In this document: positions 39,251-53,689 of the stretch, one piece after another
Numbering within the stretch: the first letter of the stretch is position 1
How the letters are laid out: each line of letters starts with the position of its first letter
NCBI RefSeq assembly: GCF_006345805.1
Contig: NC_042997.1
Location: forward strand, 60,946,001 to 61,010,000
Origin: Octopus sinensis
Lineage: Eukaryota
DNA: 64,000 bases
Reading direction: 5' to 3'
Notes under the pieces: model-generated
What the model was told of the DNA's origin: nothing
What the model saw: the letters and a program-made list of their open reading frames with translations, nothing else
Databases searched by the model: none
Made by a program: the position numbers and the translations under genes

Positions 39251-40398
39251 GTTGCAATAGTGCCTGATATTGATAACCCATGGAATATGATAGCCCCAAT
39301 CTTCACCACTCATCAACATACTTGATCTTTTGAATTTCACTCATACAAACCCACCATGCCAACCTAAATGGTGATGTATTTTCTCTCACTCTCTCTACTT
39401 CTCATAATCTTTCATAAAGAGTATTTTGCTTGAAATATCAGGACTATAAAATATTTTTAAAGTAGCAATTCAATATTTTTGTTTTTGTTCTTATTGCAAT
39501 GTGATTTTCTGACTGCATTTCTGAAGCATTCTAACACATTGTATTTGTATATTGCTAAATTTTATAATGATAAAAAGGAAAAATATTCAAAATACACAGG
39601 TATTTACACTGTAATTAAGCTAATATTAACATAGTTAATCTTGTACACATAGTTAATGATTCATCACTATTACAGTAAATTAGGTAAAATCTATACTTTG
39701 CTGATGAGATCATAAAACTAAAACATGTTAGAATTTGTCTTACATACTGAAATAATATATTCACCTATATTGCTTTTTCCTAACAACATAACTATTTTTT
39801 GTTGCCTTTCTTAATTTCCCTGGATTAAATAAGTTAACATCAACACATACTTCATTTTTCTCAGCCACAAACTGATACTAGAATTACCAATGGGTATATT
39901 ATATTATTTTGTCTGTCAAGTCTATTTGCTATTACTTATATGGATTAATTGGAATGTTGAGTACTCAAATCCTGTACCCACCTCCTATACCCTTTTCACT
40001 AGATATATAAATGATGTCCATGATGTAGCTGACCTCAAAATGTCCATGATGTAGCTGACACAGCATTCAAAACAATTACAAATATTTATACCCACATAAA
40101 GTTTAGCTCAGAGCTCTCCAGATGACATTACATCTGTTTCCTTTTTCATGGAGATGGTGTCTCTGAGGTTATACTTTCACAGTAAGTTTACTTCTAGAAA
40201 ATGCATAACTTTGAAGGCCAACTAGAAATATTTATGTGGCAACTAAAAAGCAATATTATTCAATATTATTTAATGACTAATATTAATTTAAATCTCACAG
40301 CAAGTAGAAGACAATTCTAGACATGTTTCAGACTTGTAATGATTTCATCAGCAAACTTTCATAAGTTAACTTTGTCCATTTAAATGGGCAGTTGGTAA

Positions 40399-40445
<47 letters not shown>

Positions 40446-41044
40446 TCTGTGTACATATATGTATATATATATTGATTAGTTAAAAATTAATTAAAAATCC
40501 TCAAACCTGATTTTAAATTATTTTGAATTACAAATGGCTAAAAATCAATCCTATACACAACAAAATGAGTTAAAATAACCATAACAAGTGCAAGGTTATT
40601 TTCTATGTTTTCATATTAATATTATTTGGCAATTACTCAAATATATAAAAGCATAGAATTCATTGCTAATTCTACTTTTGGAGCCTATAAAGATGTAAAA
40701 CACTTTCAAGTGTGTGGTTTAGTCTATTTGGTTTATTATTTATGGCAATGAAGTAGAACACTAAATAAAACAAGTTTGATCTTTTGGCTGATATCCAAGT
40801 TAAATCAAACTATATTGAATAATATCAGCATATTGTATAATGCATTAATTAAAATATTTTATATATAATCTGGAGAGGAGTGGCAATATGCTGCATTACA
40901 AACCTGTTCAATCTAAGCCAGCATATAAAAAGCTGACATTTGAAGAGCAATGATGATGATGGTGATACTCTACAAAGTTAATTTTTCTTTTGTATTCCTA
41001 AGGTCGTCAAAACATTATTTTCCATATAATATTGATTTGTTATA

Positions 41045-41230
41045 TAGACCCAAGGCCATGCATTTTTTGTGAGGTAGGTATAGTTCTTCAGATTAAACTC
41101 CACAGCGAATGAAAGGCAAAGTTATTTCCAGTGGTATTTGAACTCAGAATATAAAGAGACTAGGAAATTGAATAACAAATGACATTTTGTTTTTCAACTT
41201 AGCGATTTTATCAATCTATCACCTTGTGTA
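41045..41230 (-). mobile_element. SINE family B, degenerate
   Basis: gaatgaaaggcaaagttatttccagtggtatttgaactcagaat. Confidence 0.55.
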
Positions 41231-41442
41231 TATCTAATAACAAAATATAAATGATGTCTTTCAAATAAAAATAGCACATTACTAATGGAAAGTAGAATTT
41301 AATTTGTTAGTGGAAAAATTTACTACAATTTTGTTTTCATATTTTCTTGTCTGTAGGGAAGAGGAAACATCCAAAGTAGTGTTAGACATTTCTAAAATAG
41401 AAGATGGATAACAGAAAAAAACTTTTAAAACAAATTATTTTA

Positions 41443-41503
<61 letters not shown>

Positions 41504-42249
41504 TTTAGAAGTAATGGGAGATGTCTGTTATTTCTGCTAGTTCTCTGAGACTGATATGGTCAAGATTTAGTATGCACATCTGTAAGTGAATGACTTTGAA
41601 AAAAATATTATATTTACAGACAAGGTTGTGGAGCTAATAAGTTTGCTTCTCAACATGCGCATGGTTCCAGGTTAAATACTACTGTATGACACATTAGGCA
41701 AGTGTCTTCTATATCTTCAGGGTAATCAATTGCTTGAAAATAGAATTTGGTAGACAAAAAATATTCAAAATTTTGTATGTATCTACATGTGTGTGTGTGT
41801 GTGTATACATACATACATACATATATGTGTGTGTATGTGTGTGTGTTTACACCAATCTAAGAACTGGTGTTGTTTATGGAGTGTTGCTTTATTTTTTTGA
41901 GCACAAAATACAGTGGGTGGGGGAAAAAAAGAAGGAGGCAACAATGTCAAAATCCTCAATAACATTTTTGTTGACTCTCAGAGATCAAGGTCCGATGTGT
42001 GACATAGGAGAGCAAATCTTCAGCTGATCTGATTCTTCAAAACTGTATTGAGAATTACCATAACAACAAAGAGACTGAAAAGAAAAACAAATGTGGTCAT
42101 ATGTGACACTATCATTTTGGAAATGATGGAAATGTGTATGACAGGTTAATATATTACATGACCAGAGATATTCCTCTTTTTAAGGAACAGGATACAATGT
42201 TACATGTTTCCCTCTAAGTTGGATTAGACCCTTTAAAAAAGATTTAAAC

Positions 42250-42770
42250 TTTTAAGAGTTGCTTGTGTACTCATATATATGAAATAACTCAGAAGAGCAA
42301 TGATTGAGAGTTATGGGGAGGATGTTGTCAGTATATTTCCTAACAGTTTGCAGTGATCTGTAAAGTTTCCTTATTAGGTAATTAAGTACAGTAAATGTAT
42401 TGGCTGAATATGAAAGAGATAATAAATATTCAGTTTCAAGTGATCTAAGATAGGAGATGGAGTTAAAAGTAGACAAGCAAGTTGTTCTACACAATGCTGG
42501 TCTAGATAAGAAGCACCAACTACTGAGTTTAGCATATACATGTATAGAAAGAGTACTGAATGAACTTAACTGAGAAGTGACATAGAGTTACCAAATTCAA
42601 AACAAAGCTAGGTGCAAAATTAGTAGAAAACAGAAAGAGAACACATATTGATGATGGAAGAGTAGTTAGAAAGAGTCGAGAGTATTTCAGAAAAAAATTT
42701 ATCTCAATATTTGGTGTAGCAATAGTGACAACCTGTCTTCCAATTGAACTCAAGGAAACTATGTGCATTA
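42250..42770 (-). mobile_element. Degraded PLE-like RT fragment
   Basis: Minus strand LCFEFGN...SVVGASYLD...RKYTDNILPI loosely resembles the PLE motifs N.FEF....MG..P.YAN and RY.DD. Confidence 0.4.
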
Positions 42771-44029
42771 GTTTTTCTATTGCTGATGCTATCCAACAGT
42801 TACAAATCCTGATAGAAGAGTCACTTTTTGTTTTTTTTGTCTGGTGACAGAATGCAAGTATTTCAACTCAGAATGCACAGAGTTAGCTGAAACAGATACT
42901 GCAAACTATGACATCTGATGCTCTCATAATTCCTCCAATCCACAGCCTTAGACTGGTACGTTGATTGCTGACCCCAACGAAAAGCTGGAAGGTAAAGTTC
43001 ACCTCAGTAGGAAATGAACTCAGTACAAAGTATCTGAACAAATCGTCGTCGTTGTCGTCGTCACAGCAAAATATTCTATCTGGTGTTCTAACAACACTGC
43101 CAATTTGTCACTTTTCATTATTTGGAAGACAAGTTCATTGTATTTTTGTTAAGGCTTTGTGATTAAATAAAAAATTAAGAGCACACACAAAAATATAATA
43201 GAATACTGCACAAAAGTATAATGTCCAGTGCAGTATTTTTCATATGTAACTTCTTTAATACATAATGACTTTTCCTCTACTCATAGGTTTCTCATTTATG
43301 TTTTTCTAAGCATCATCTGTATCTTGTTTGGTATCCAATTATTTATACCCTGTATTATGCTAGCATATGCAAAATGGAAGAAAAAATATTGATTCTGTTT
43401 GAAAGCACATACAAAGGACTTGTCATCATCATCATTGACATTGCCACAAACCATCATCATCACCACTACAATCACTACCACTACCACCATCATTATTGTT
43501 GTAGTCATTATCACTGTATTTATCATTAATGTTATTGCTGCAATTGATATAACCGCCCCCCCCCCGCCATCTGCTGTTACTAGATAAACAAAGGGGATGT
43601 TTAAATATTGAACATAATCCACAACAGTTAAGGACTGTACTTGTTTACTGGTTTATCTGTTTTAGCAGCAATATCATTTATTCTGTTTAACCACACCTTA
43701 GCAATATTTGTCATATCTGAAAGATGAACAAAATATGTAGGACAACTTTATTTGCACAAGAGGTGTAATAAAAAATTTCTACTTCAGAGTACAAATATAA
43801 TCAGTTTTATAATTTCACATATAAACTATTCTAAAATTGGGTAAGGATAACATGCTAACCACATTTTTTATAGCGAGAAGATACATACAATATTTAATTT
43901 ATATTTGCTTTTTTAAGCTCAAGAAAATAATTTATAGAGAAATAGAACTGTGGATGAAAAACCCTAATTATGAAAAGAGCTTTCTGCTTTCTTTTGATTT
44001 TTCCTTAAAACAGAATCTTATATGGGAAA

Positions 44030-44530
44030 ACCTACAACCATCAAGTAATGTCATATCCAAACATATTTTTACACGTTTCATGATCTCTAAGTAGAGCTGG
44101 ACAAGACTCTACATGCCAGTCTATTCAATGGCATCATCCTACCTGCATTCTTAAATGCAAGTGAGATGTGGGTTACTATGAAGAGCAGAGAACATCAATT
44201 GACTATGACGCAAAGGACTATGGAAAGATCCATGGTAGGAATGTCATTACAAGAGCAATACCCAAAGCGAGGTAATGCAAGGATGAAGCAGAATGAATGA
44301 GATATCAAAAAATATCAAAAGCACAAGTTCTGCTGGGTTGGATATGTTGCAAGGCTCACAGACAACAGGCAAATCTGTGCAGTTGCTGAGTGGTATCCAA
44401 GAGGTCAGAAAAGGCCTCCATGACAATGGGAAGATGACTTAGTCAAACAATTTAGGTCAGAATGGAAAATAAGGGTGCACTCAAGGAAGAATGGAAGTAC
44501 ATTGTAACCAGCAGTGTATAAGAACATCTG
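44030..44530 (+). mobile_element. RTE-type LINE 3' fragment
   Basis: SLFNGIILPAFLNASEMW...TQRTMERSMVG...WVGYVAR.TDNR...AEWYPRG across frameshifts. Confidence 0.65.
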
Positions 44531-45291
44531 ATAGTCTTGTGATAAAAGTGGTATATATCGAGGCAGTGTAGTATATGCACTCAACAAAAATAAATACAGA
44601 TACATACTAGCAAAATCTAATATGCATGATGTACAAATGTACTTCTACATCAATTTAAACACATATACACACAACAATGAAAACAAAATACATAGACATA
44701 TACATACATATGTGCACACCAAAATATGAACTGCCACAAATTGATGATAAACACATAAACTAACAAAGACACATTCCAACAAGTATGCTAGCAAAAATTT
44801 ACAACACACACACTTTCAGACAAACACTGTCAAACATGGTTTATTCTGATAAAACAGTCACAAACTTACAATTTATATGCACACAAACACATGCATTCAC
44901 ATGATTAAAATTTAAGTTTTAAAATATAAACCTCCCTCTTCCTTTCATCTATTATTCATTCTGTTCACCTTGATGCTTTCCTTCTCTGCTTATTTGTCTT
45001 CCCTTCTACTGGTAATTATCCTTATTGTCACCCAATCCACCCCACCTCTCACTACCACCACTTCTTTTTTTTTATTAATTTACTACCAACTAAATCTTCC
45101 TCAGTCATATTTTTTTCATGAGTTTTTGTCAATTTCCAAGTCATGAGAAAGCTTTTGTATTCTATAAGTTGAGCACAGACATTGAATTATTATTGACTAT
45201 ATCTTCCTTCAAAATGTATGGTCTTATTTCAATATTAGAAATCATTAAATAAATTATAATAGAAGACTGAAGAAGCTAAAAGTTATATTAA

Positions 45292-45502
45292 CCCTTTATC
45301 ATTCAGCTTTCTCTGTCAAATGTAATGTCTATTTATTCACACTGATTTGAATTAGTCATACATTACCTTGTAACTTTGAGATGTGATTGTTTATTTTTAG
45401 AATGACATTGTAGGGTAGGTGTAAGAGGTAAGATCTGGCCACTTTGAAGATAAAACATGTAGATTATTTTGGCCAGATATAGCCAGTTTAAATGTTAAAG
45501 TA
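45292..45502 (+). mobile_element. piggyBac-like MITE (TTAA-CCC start), decayed 3' end
   Basis: Starts ttaa|ccctttatcatt and ends aatgttaaag; the internal aatg.cattgtagggta also appears near 6725. Confidence 0.5.
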
Positions 45503-48189
45503 ATGAAGTGCTGAGCAAGAACATATTTATGAGTTGTGTTCAAGAACCAGATTAATACACCAATAAAGTTAGTTATTTTTGTATTTTTTAAAATAAATTG
45601 AAACATATAGATAGTGTATACTTGTTAAAAATATAGTTATAAAGAGGTTATTTTGCTAACATGTAGTAAAAAGCATTTTTATCACTGGTCCTAACAGTGC
45701 AGCCAAAACAAAGCTTTATCGAAGTTGTTACTGTTTCTATGCATGCCAGCATTCTAGAACACATAGAAAATAAGGTCATTATAAAAAAATATAAACAAAA
45801 AAATTAAGATAAACAATATTTTTATAATCAACTTTTATACTATTGCTGTCTTATTTATGTACAGTTACTTCTCTTTAGTTACTACCTTCTTTAGTACTAC
45901 TGTGCTGGCTTCAGCTCTTCTGAGCCAGCAATCTATATTGCATCTTCTATGTTTATCCAATGCACTTACTTCTCCACTTGCCATCCTTAATTTGCCAAAA
46001 AAGAAAGGGGGTGGGGTTCATTCTACAAAGCAAACATTTTCCCAAACTACAAATGTTCTTCCAAAAGCTTTAACACTTTTATTTTTAGCTCTCTAACTTT
46101 TCTGGGCTGGGAAGTTTTTATGAATTATAACTAAAAATTCTCATTCATTTAGCACAACAAAGAAAAGAAGAAAATCATGAGGTTTACAATCAACAATTAA
46201 CATTTACAGATAATTAGAGATATATTTACATGATAAAATTCCCTTGAATAAATCTATCATGGTAGAACTGCATTTTCACTTTAGGGAAAAACATGCATAT
46301 ACAGATATGTTTTATTAAAGCTTGAGCTAGCAGAGTATCAGGCGTTACAGTGATAAAAAATATCATTCAAAGAAGTCTTTTTCAATAGATTCAACACATT
46401 TTTATCAATACTTTTTTTTATTGGAAGTCAATGTCTTCCTTCTAAGAAAGAATAGCCTATCCATAAAGCATTGTATCCTCCAGAATATCTATGCATTTGC
46501 ATTCTTTGAATTATTTATTCAACTGGCAACACTTTAGTTCTATTTTTTCTATTCAGTCTAAATAATTATATATACATAGAAGATGAAGAATTACTTATGT
46601 GTGTTGGTTTAAATCAAATGAAGGGAGCATCAAAGATGATGTGTAATGAGTGAAAAATTGTTTAAAAACTAATCACAAAATCTTTAATATAAAATTAGGA
46701 TTCATTAAGAGACATTAATGTTCTGCTGTTACTGAAATGCTGTAACTGGCTTAGAGGTATGAAAATGAATAGAAAACTCAATATTTAGTCACCAATTCAT
46801 AATATAATTAATACATTTAATAAATCTAACTGGTTCACTTTTGAGAATAAAACTTGAATTTATTTCAACACAAATTTGAACAAAATATTTAGTTTCTCAG
46901 AATAAATTTTAACAAAATTTGAGTATTTTTAATCTATTTATTTTTGAAATAAATTGCAAGTGGTTGCTGCTGAAAATTGGTAATGTGCTAATGTGAATAA
47001 AAAGCATCAGAAGACTAGGATTTTGTTTTGCATTAAGTCACGTACATAGGAACTATCACGTTTATGCTGTCATAAAACATGAAAAAAGTTCATGATAAAG
47101 GAAGTTCGTGTTTTTCCTTCAATTCTTATTATGTCTAACACAAAGGGTGAATTTTCCTTTTGCATCTGAATCATTTATTGCTTTATTTAATCTTTCACGA
47201 TAATTGTATTTTGCCATTTCCTTAAACATGAACAAGAATTTCTAAGTGGCAACTGCTTCTTCATGTATAAATATTCTTAGACTACCTAGCATAATGCTAA
47301 TCAGATGTAGTAATTTCATTATATTCCTAATCAAAAATAGTTAAATAGTTAACCCCGCCCTACCTTACAGCATTCAAAATATGATGTATGTATCTGATTT
47401 TGTCAAATAACTCAAGAACATTCAGTTTTGACACTCAAAGAAAGAACATGTTATTATGTAATAAATTGAAATAATTTTTCCCAAAAGAACTATTCTAATT
47501 TATGAAAATAATTATTTAGCTTAATTTTTAAGATTATATTTAACATCTGATCTTAGTAAAGGATTATCTCATTGGATTATCTCATACTCTTATTGCAGAT
47601 GAATATTATCAATAACACACAAAATGAAAGTGATTATCACAGAGAAAAAGTATCAAAGGAATTCCTCTCTGCTGTTTGAAGCATGTGATAAATCATCTTT
47701 AATGCTTTGGTTGGGTACAAATGCTTGATACCTAAAAATAAAGTTAACAAAAAAAAAACACTCTCAATGGCAATTTTTAATGCCTCTTAATTAAAGATAA
47801 GAAGGAATACATACTCTTGAATAATATATACAAATTATCATAAGATCAAAACCAATAAATTGACAGAAATTAAAAAAGCCTTCAATAAAGTTGATCAAAG
47901 AATGATATATCACAAACTGCATGACCCTAGATGACTGCATGACATTTGACAAATAGTTGTTAAACAACTGTAGCCAAGAATGCTCTCTCTCTCTCCAAGG
48001 TGACATCAACTTTAAGCAGAGCCCCTCAGGAAATAGTACTGGGACCATAGCTAGTTTTGGCTGCTCTCTCAGACTGATGATATAATTATAACAGGCAGTC
48101 AAGAACCTGGACAATAATCTTTTCTACTACAGGCACAAGGCCTGAACTTTTGGCAAGTCAGTGCTCAACAGGCATCAGTTCAAAACTCA

Positions 48190-48960
48190 TTGCAAATTTA
48201 GCATGAAGTGTCTAGGTTACATAGAAGAGTAAGTCTTCTTGAGATCTAGCTTTATGAAAGCCATATAAATCAGTCAGTAAGGAGAGAGAGAAAGAGACAG
48301 AGGTTTCAGATGCTGGAAAACATTGTTCTGAATGGATGCTTCCATTTTGTTTGAAATATTGAAATTGTGATGGAGCAATAGTTGGTAGGGTTACAGGGAT
48401 TGCTATTCTTGAGAATAGGGCATACTGTATTGTGTTCCTAAAGATTGAGTATATCCTTGTTAGTAGGGAGAGAATGAGAGAGAGAGAAAGCCAGCTCTGG
48501 TTATAGGACATTGTCTGAGCCAGTAACCTTGTTGCTTTGAAACATCAATAGGTGTATTCACATTTTGTATGCATGTATGCAAGGTAGTAAGCCTGGTGGA
48601 GTTTTGAAGGCTAGATTTGGAGGAGATTCACTAAATATGTGCAGTGTGGAGTTGGATGCAAAACAGGCAGTAAAGTAGAGGTGTTTCTCCACAGATATAC
48701 TGTTCACTGTTCTCAGGATCATCTTAGTTGAGAAGTGGAGGAAAAGAGAATTCAAAAACATCAGAGAAGATCTTTTAATACAGTATCAGAAATTTGGGAG
48801 GTGAGAGAGCTTGAAGGTTGTGTAATACATAGAGGCTTCCTTCATGGTTTGGATGGTGGTCTTACAAAGCTTGACCTGCTGGAGTACAGCTATGAATGAG
48901 CCAGTTGGTGGAGGATGAAGTTTTTGTTATGTGTGGAATGTGGAGGAACATACCTAAAAT
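48190..48960 (-). mobile_element. CR1/L2-type ORF2 fragment, opposite orientation
   Basis: ORFs 48558-48761 (FASNSTL) and 48212-48511 (YGFHKARSQEDLLFYVT). Confidence 0.7.
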
Positions 48961-49049
48961 AATCGTGCCTGTCACATGTTTAACTCTTTCTAGTGTGTCA
49001 GGAGTGAAGCACATGCTACTAGGCAGAACAGTAGAGGTCTGAACAGCTG

Positions 49050-49385
49050 GTTGATGAAAGGCAAATCAACCTCAGCAGAATTTGAACACAGAACATGAAG
49101 TCAAAAGATATGTCACTAAGTATTTTGTCCAGTGTGCTAATAATTCTACCAGCTCACTACCTTAAGAACCCTGATAATAATCCTTTCTACTATAAGCACC
49201 AGGCCTGAAACTTGTGTGGAGATGGCTAGTCAATTACATCAACCCCAGTGCTGAACTGGTATCCATTTTATTGGCCATGAAAGGATGAAAGGCAAAGTTG
49301 AATTTGAAACCAGAAGAAATGCTACTAAGCATTTTGTCCTGTGTATTAATAATATTGCCAGCTTGCCACCTTTAAGAACACTGAT
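49050..49385 (-). mobile_element. Two SINE family B copies
   Basis: gatgaaaggcaaa core occurs twice, with an ataataat tail. Confidence 0.65.
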
Positions 49386-49900
49386 AATAATGCAAAATTA
49401 CAGAGAAACCTGAATACAATATATAAGTGAGCTAAAGTAAATAACATGCAGTTCAATGCCGAAAAGTTTTAAGCACTCAGCTATCGACCACAAACAGATA
49501 CCAGTCAGAAAACAAAAGACCAGAGATTATTGCAATCCTAAAGTACAAAGCAGTGATTGATTTGAGAATCTTCATGAGTAATAATGAGTAATAATGCAAC
49601 ATCCATTTTCAGATTGATAAGATGGCAACCATGTGCAGGCAACTGGCTGGTTGGATTATACGATCACTCAGAATAAAAAAAATGGAAACTACAATAGTCC
49701 TGTAGAGAAAAGTTTTACTGTCACCTAGCCAAATGCTCTCAATTATGATCACCACACAGTGTCAAATTAATTGAAGAACTCAAGGCAGTCCTATACAGTT
49801 ACATCAGGATGTACTGTCTCAGTACAACAGATGAGGTACTGGGAAGGGCTAAAGGAAATAAAGCTCTACTCCTTAGGGTGATAAGGGAAAAGATATGCAG

Positions 49901-49945
<45 letters not shown>

Positions 49946-50409
49946 TGTGTTATGTATGTATGTATGTATGCATGTATGTAGAGAAGATCTTAGAAAAACA
50001 AGCATTTAATCCTTTTGAGATCAACCCCACTGAGATTGTCCCAAGTTCCATGACAGAAATTCACTATTTTAAAGTGATCTAAATTAAAACCTTTCATGAA
50101 AATTTCATGCTAATATATGTTCCAAATACCAGTTTAACAATGACAAATTTATTTACAAATTTCTTCATTTCATTATTTTCAAGAGTAATTGAGACAAAGG
50201 TGGTGTATTTCAACTGGGGCTGATATGTGCAGGGGAAGAAGTGGAAAGTGAGGATGGGGCAGGAGTCCAATCTTAAAATCATGTGTGAACATGTACATGC
50301 ATGTGTGTGTTTGTATGTAATAAGTTGGATGTAGCAAACCTTGTGCTAAACTCTGTGGTGGTGGGAAGTACTGATGGTGGAAGCTCTAGCATTTATAATC
50401 ACAGTGCAG

Positions 50410-50680
50410 TACACCAATATCCAAGCACATATTTCTTTCATTTGAGTAGGATTTGTCTCCTATATCTTCTGACAGGTAACTGTTAGTGTCTTGATAAGCT
50501 TTGGTCTGCCATGTTTTAAGAGCTCTGTGGAAATGTTATCCACTCCTGGAAGTTTTCTATTTTTGAGCATGCAGACTGTCTCTTTGACTTCCTTCTGGAG
50601 AATTGGAGCATTCTCTAGTTCTCTGTTATTGTCGTTGGAATTGTCTATGACTGAATAGACTAATATTTATTCAAAACCTG
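50410..50680 (-). mobile_element. RTE-type RT N-terminal fragment
   Basis: Minus strand PILQKEVKETVCMLKNRKLPGVDNISTELLKHG. Confidence 0.65.
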
Positions 50681-50918
50681 TAGAAACCCTTCAGATAATA
50701 AGACCCATGTGCACATACGCCCACAAAATGTAGGTGTGTGTTACATGCTGCATATATTAGTATACATTTATATATATTTGTATACATGAATAATCTTGTA
50801 TAATGTAATTAATCTATGTTGCACACAAAGACTTCCATACGACCAAGGCAAATGCTAGGAAAATAACACTTAAAGAAGTCTCTAAATTAGTTGCCTCCTC
50901 TAATGCATCACAGATATA

Positions 50919-52169
50919 CAGGGGTTGGACAAAATAATGGAAACACATTAAAATTTAAAACAACTTTATTTTAATATGAGTTAGGACTGCTTTTGGCAGT
51001 AATTACAGCTTGAATTCTATGAGGTATGGACTCATACAAAGTTTGAATTGTTTCCAAAGAAATTTTTGTCCATTCTTTAACTAAAACAATCTCCAGTTCT
51101 TGTTGTGATGCTGGTGGACAATATCAACTCCTTATTTATTTTTCTAAAATGCACAATAAATGTTCAATAATAGTGAGATCTGGGGACTGTGGTGGCCAGA
51201 TAAGATGTTCAACTTCCCTAGAATGTTCCTTGTGCCATTCAGTAACAATTTTAGCTGCGCGAATTGGTGCATTATCATCCTAAAAGACTGTGTTTCCCTC
51301 CGGAAACAGTTCCACAACCATAGGATGAATTTGATCAGATAAAATGCTTAAACAGTCTTAACTATTAATTCTGCCATTAGGAAAACCATTGGGCCAGCAG
51401 ATTTCCAAGGTATAGCCCTCCAGATCACCACAGATCCTCCTCCACATTTAACAGTTGGAAGAAGGCAGTCTGGGTCAAAGGCTTCTTTTGGCTGTCTCTA
51501 CATGTATACTTGGTCAGTGGTCAGAAATAAGGTAAAGGATGACTCGTCCAAGAAAATAACATTCTTCCACTGCTCTAGGGACCAATTCTGTAGGTTTTTA
51601 CTCCACTCTAAATGCTTTGCAACATTTGTTTTCAAAAGTAGTGGTTTTGTGATTGCAGCCCTCCTGTGAAATCTAGCTTTGTACAGCTCCCAGCAAACAG
51701 TTTTTGTGGAAACTGGTTCTTGAGGTGGTCATTAAGCACTGCAGTAATTTTGGGAGCTGTACTTTTGTGATCCTTTGTAACAATTTGTGTAAGAGTCCGA
51801 CTGTCCCTATCTGAAAGTTTTGGTTTTCGTCCAGAGTTTTGTTTTGACGAGGAGGTTTTTCACTCTTTCTCAAAGGCTGTCATTACTTTCAAGACAGTAC
51901 TTTTTGATACACCAAACATTTCGTCTGTTTTCATTATGCTAGTGCTTGTCATATGAGCACCAATAATTTGACCTCTTTGAAAGTCCGACAGATCTGTCAT
52001 TTTAAAGAATTTTAATTAACTTTTTCTGATGATATCTGAAAAGAAACAGCAATTTTAATAAAACATATTAAGCAACACTAATAATAAATAAAAAAACATA
52101 AAAATAAACAAGCTTTCAAAATTATGATGTTATGATGCTAGGTGTGTCCATTATTTTGTCCAACACCAT
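50919..52169 (-). mobile_element. Tc1-family transposon (DD34E), ~1.25 kb, decayed
   Basis: TIRs ggggttggacaaaataatgg / ccattattttgtccaacacc; minus strand VIFLDESSFTL and F*DDNAPI...WPPQSPDLTIIEHL. Confidence 0.88.
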
Positions 52170-52269
52170 TACATATGTAATCATGAAAGCCAGAAGTCAC
52201 ACAGTTACAGCCAATGACGATCTCTCTCTCTCTCTCTCTCTCTCTCTGAGAAAACACCAACTTTCTGTA

Positions 52270-52790
52270 GTGTCACTCACTACTTCTGTGACAGCTCTCT
52301 CAGATATGCCCTTGGTCATACAGTCAATAACTCTTACCAGCAATGCTGATGATACAAAAGTATTATAGGTAATCAAAGCCCCTGATGACACCCTAAAACC
52401 ATAGAGAGAACTGAATGCAATATGTAAGTGGGCTAATAAAAATAAAATGCTATTCAATGCCGAGAAGTATCAAGCAGTTGACAATCAGGCCACAAGCAGA
52501 TTGCAATTGCAATACACAAAATCCTAGAGTCAGAGCTGATGTATGACCTGTGAATCCACATGAGTAATGATGCAACATTCTAGTGCATTTAACCATGATG
52601 ACGATATTGTATCAGGTGCGTTGCTGGTTAGATTCTGAGTCATTCAGAACCAGGAAAAAGAATGTTACTGCTATGGAGAATATTTGTTCTGTTCTCAGTC
52701 ACCAAGAATATTGCTCCTGATTGTGGTTGTCACATAGTGTTAAACTAACAGTAAAACTCAATGCAATCCAATGGCACTACACACTGCAAC
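52270..52790 (+). mobile_element. CR1-type RT fragment
   Basis: ALSDMPLVIQSITLTSNADDTKV, then KWANKNKMLFNAEKYQ. Confidence 0.65.
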
Positions 52791-53229
52791 AAAAATTCTA
52801 ATCATGACACATTTATCCCATACTACTTGTCTTTATGGCTAGATTCCAAAATTAAAATCTTATGGAAACTATTCAAAAGGTTTTGCTCCTGAAAAATGGA
52901 GCTCATGGAGCTCTAAAATGTTGTGGTTAAGGCCCCTAGAGGTGGTGGTGGGGATGTCTTAAAGTCAACCAAAAAAGTTGAATTGTTGGGAATCTTTTTA
53001 TGTTGGATCTTATATCTATTGTACAAATTTCTTTGAAATTGGAAATATATGTATGTTCACTGAGTTTATAAAAGAGAGCAAAGCTACAGGAAACCAAAAG
53101 ACAAATGATTACAATAACCAGTCAGCTACCCTACCCTAGTCGTTACCACTCCCCAATGTAGGATTCCTCACCATACAGCCATAAGATGCAATTGGAAGGG
53201 CGTAACCCAAAGCAAGTAAACATTAACAA

Positions 53230-53600
53230 CTGTGTGACATGAGGGCTAAGGGGAAATGAAAGTGTCACCTCTGGAATTTGCCAATGATCACTATACCAAT
53301 AGGTAACTGGACAGAATAAATTTGCAATCTATAAATCTCTTTGAATAACCAGTCACTTATCTGGGAAGGCCTTGAAATCAATGTTAACATCTGGGGACTA
53401 TCTCTGACCCAGTGATAATAAAATGACTTAAAGGAGGTCTGGAACCAAATAACTTTACTCAACACTTTGCAACTGAATCAGTAGAGGCAAAGATGCTTGT
53501 CCTTTACTTGACAATTTATGCACCACATTGCAGAAATCACAATCTAAGTATATCTCGAAGCAAAGTCTTACACTGTTGTACCATTGAATTACAAATAACA
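53230..53600 (-). mobile_element. CR1-type 3' fragment
   Basis: ORF 53265-53465 loosely resembles a CR1 ORF2 C-terminus. Confidence 0.35.
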
Positions 53601-53689
53601 TCATCTTTTATGCTCAGGTGACCCTACAGCTTCCAAGAGTACAATTGTATTCATCTTGGCTTAGGAAAAATGACTAACTTGTGGGTGTA

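Larger units (their letters stand above)
47870..49870 (+). mobile_element. CR1-type RT remnant split by later insertions
   Basis: APQEIVLGP*LVLAALSD near 48020, continuing NNMQFNAEKF near 49440; homologous to 52270-52790. Confidence 0.55.
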
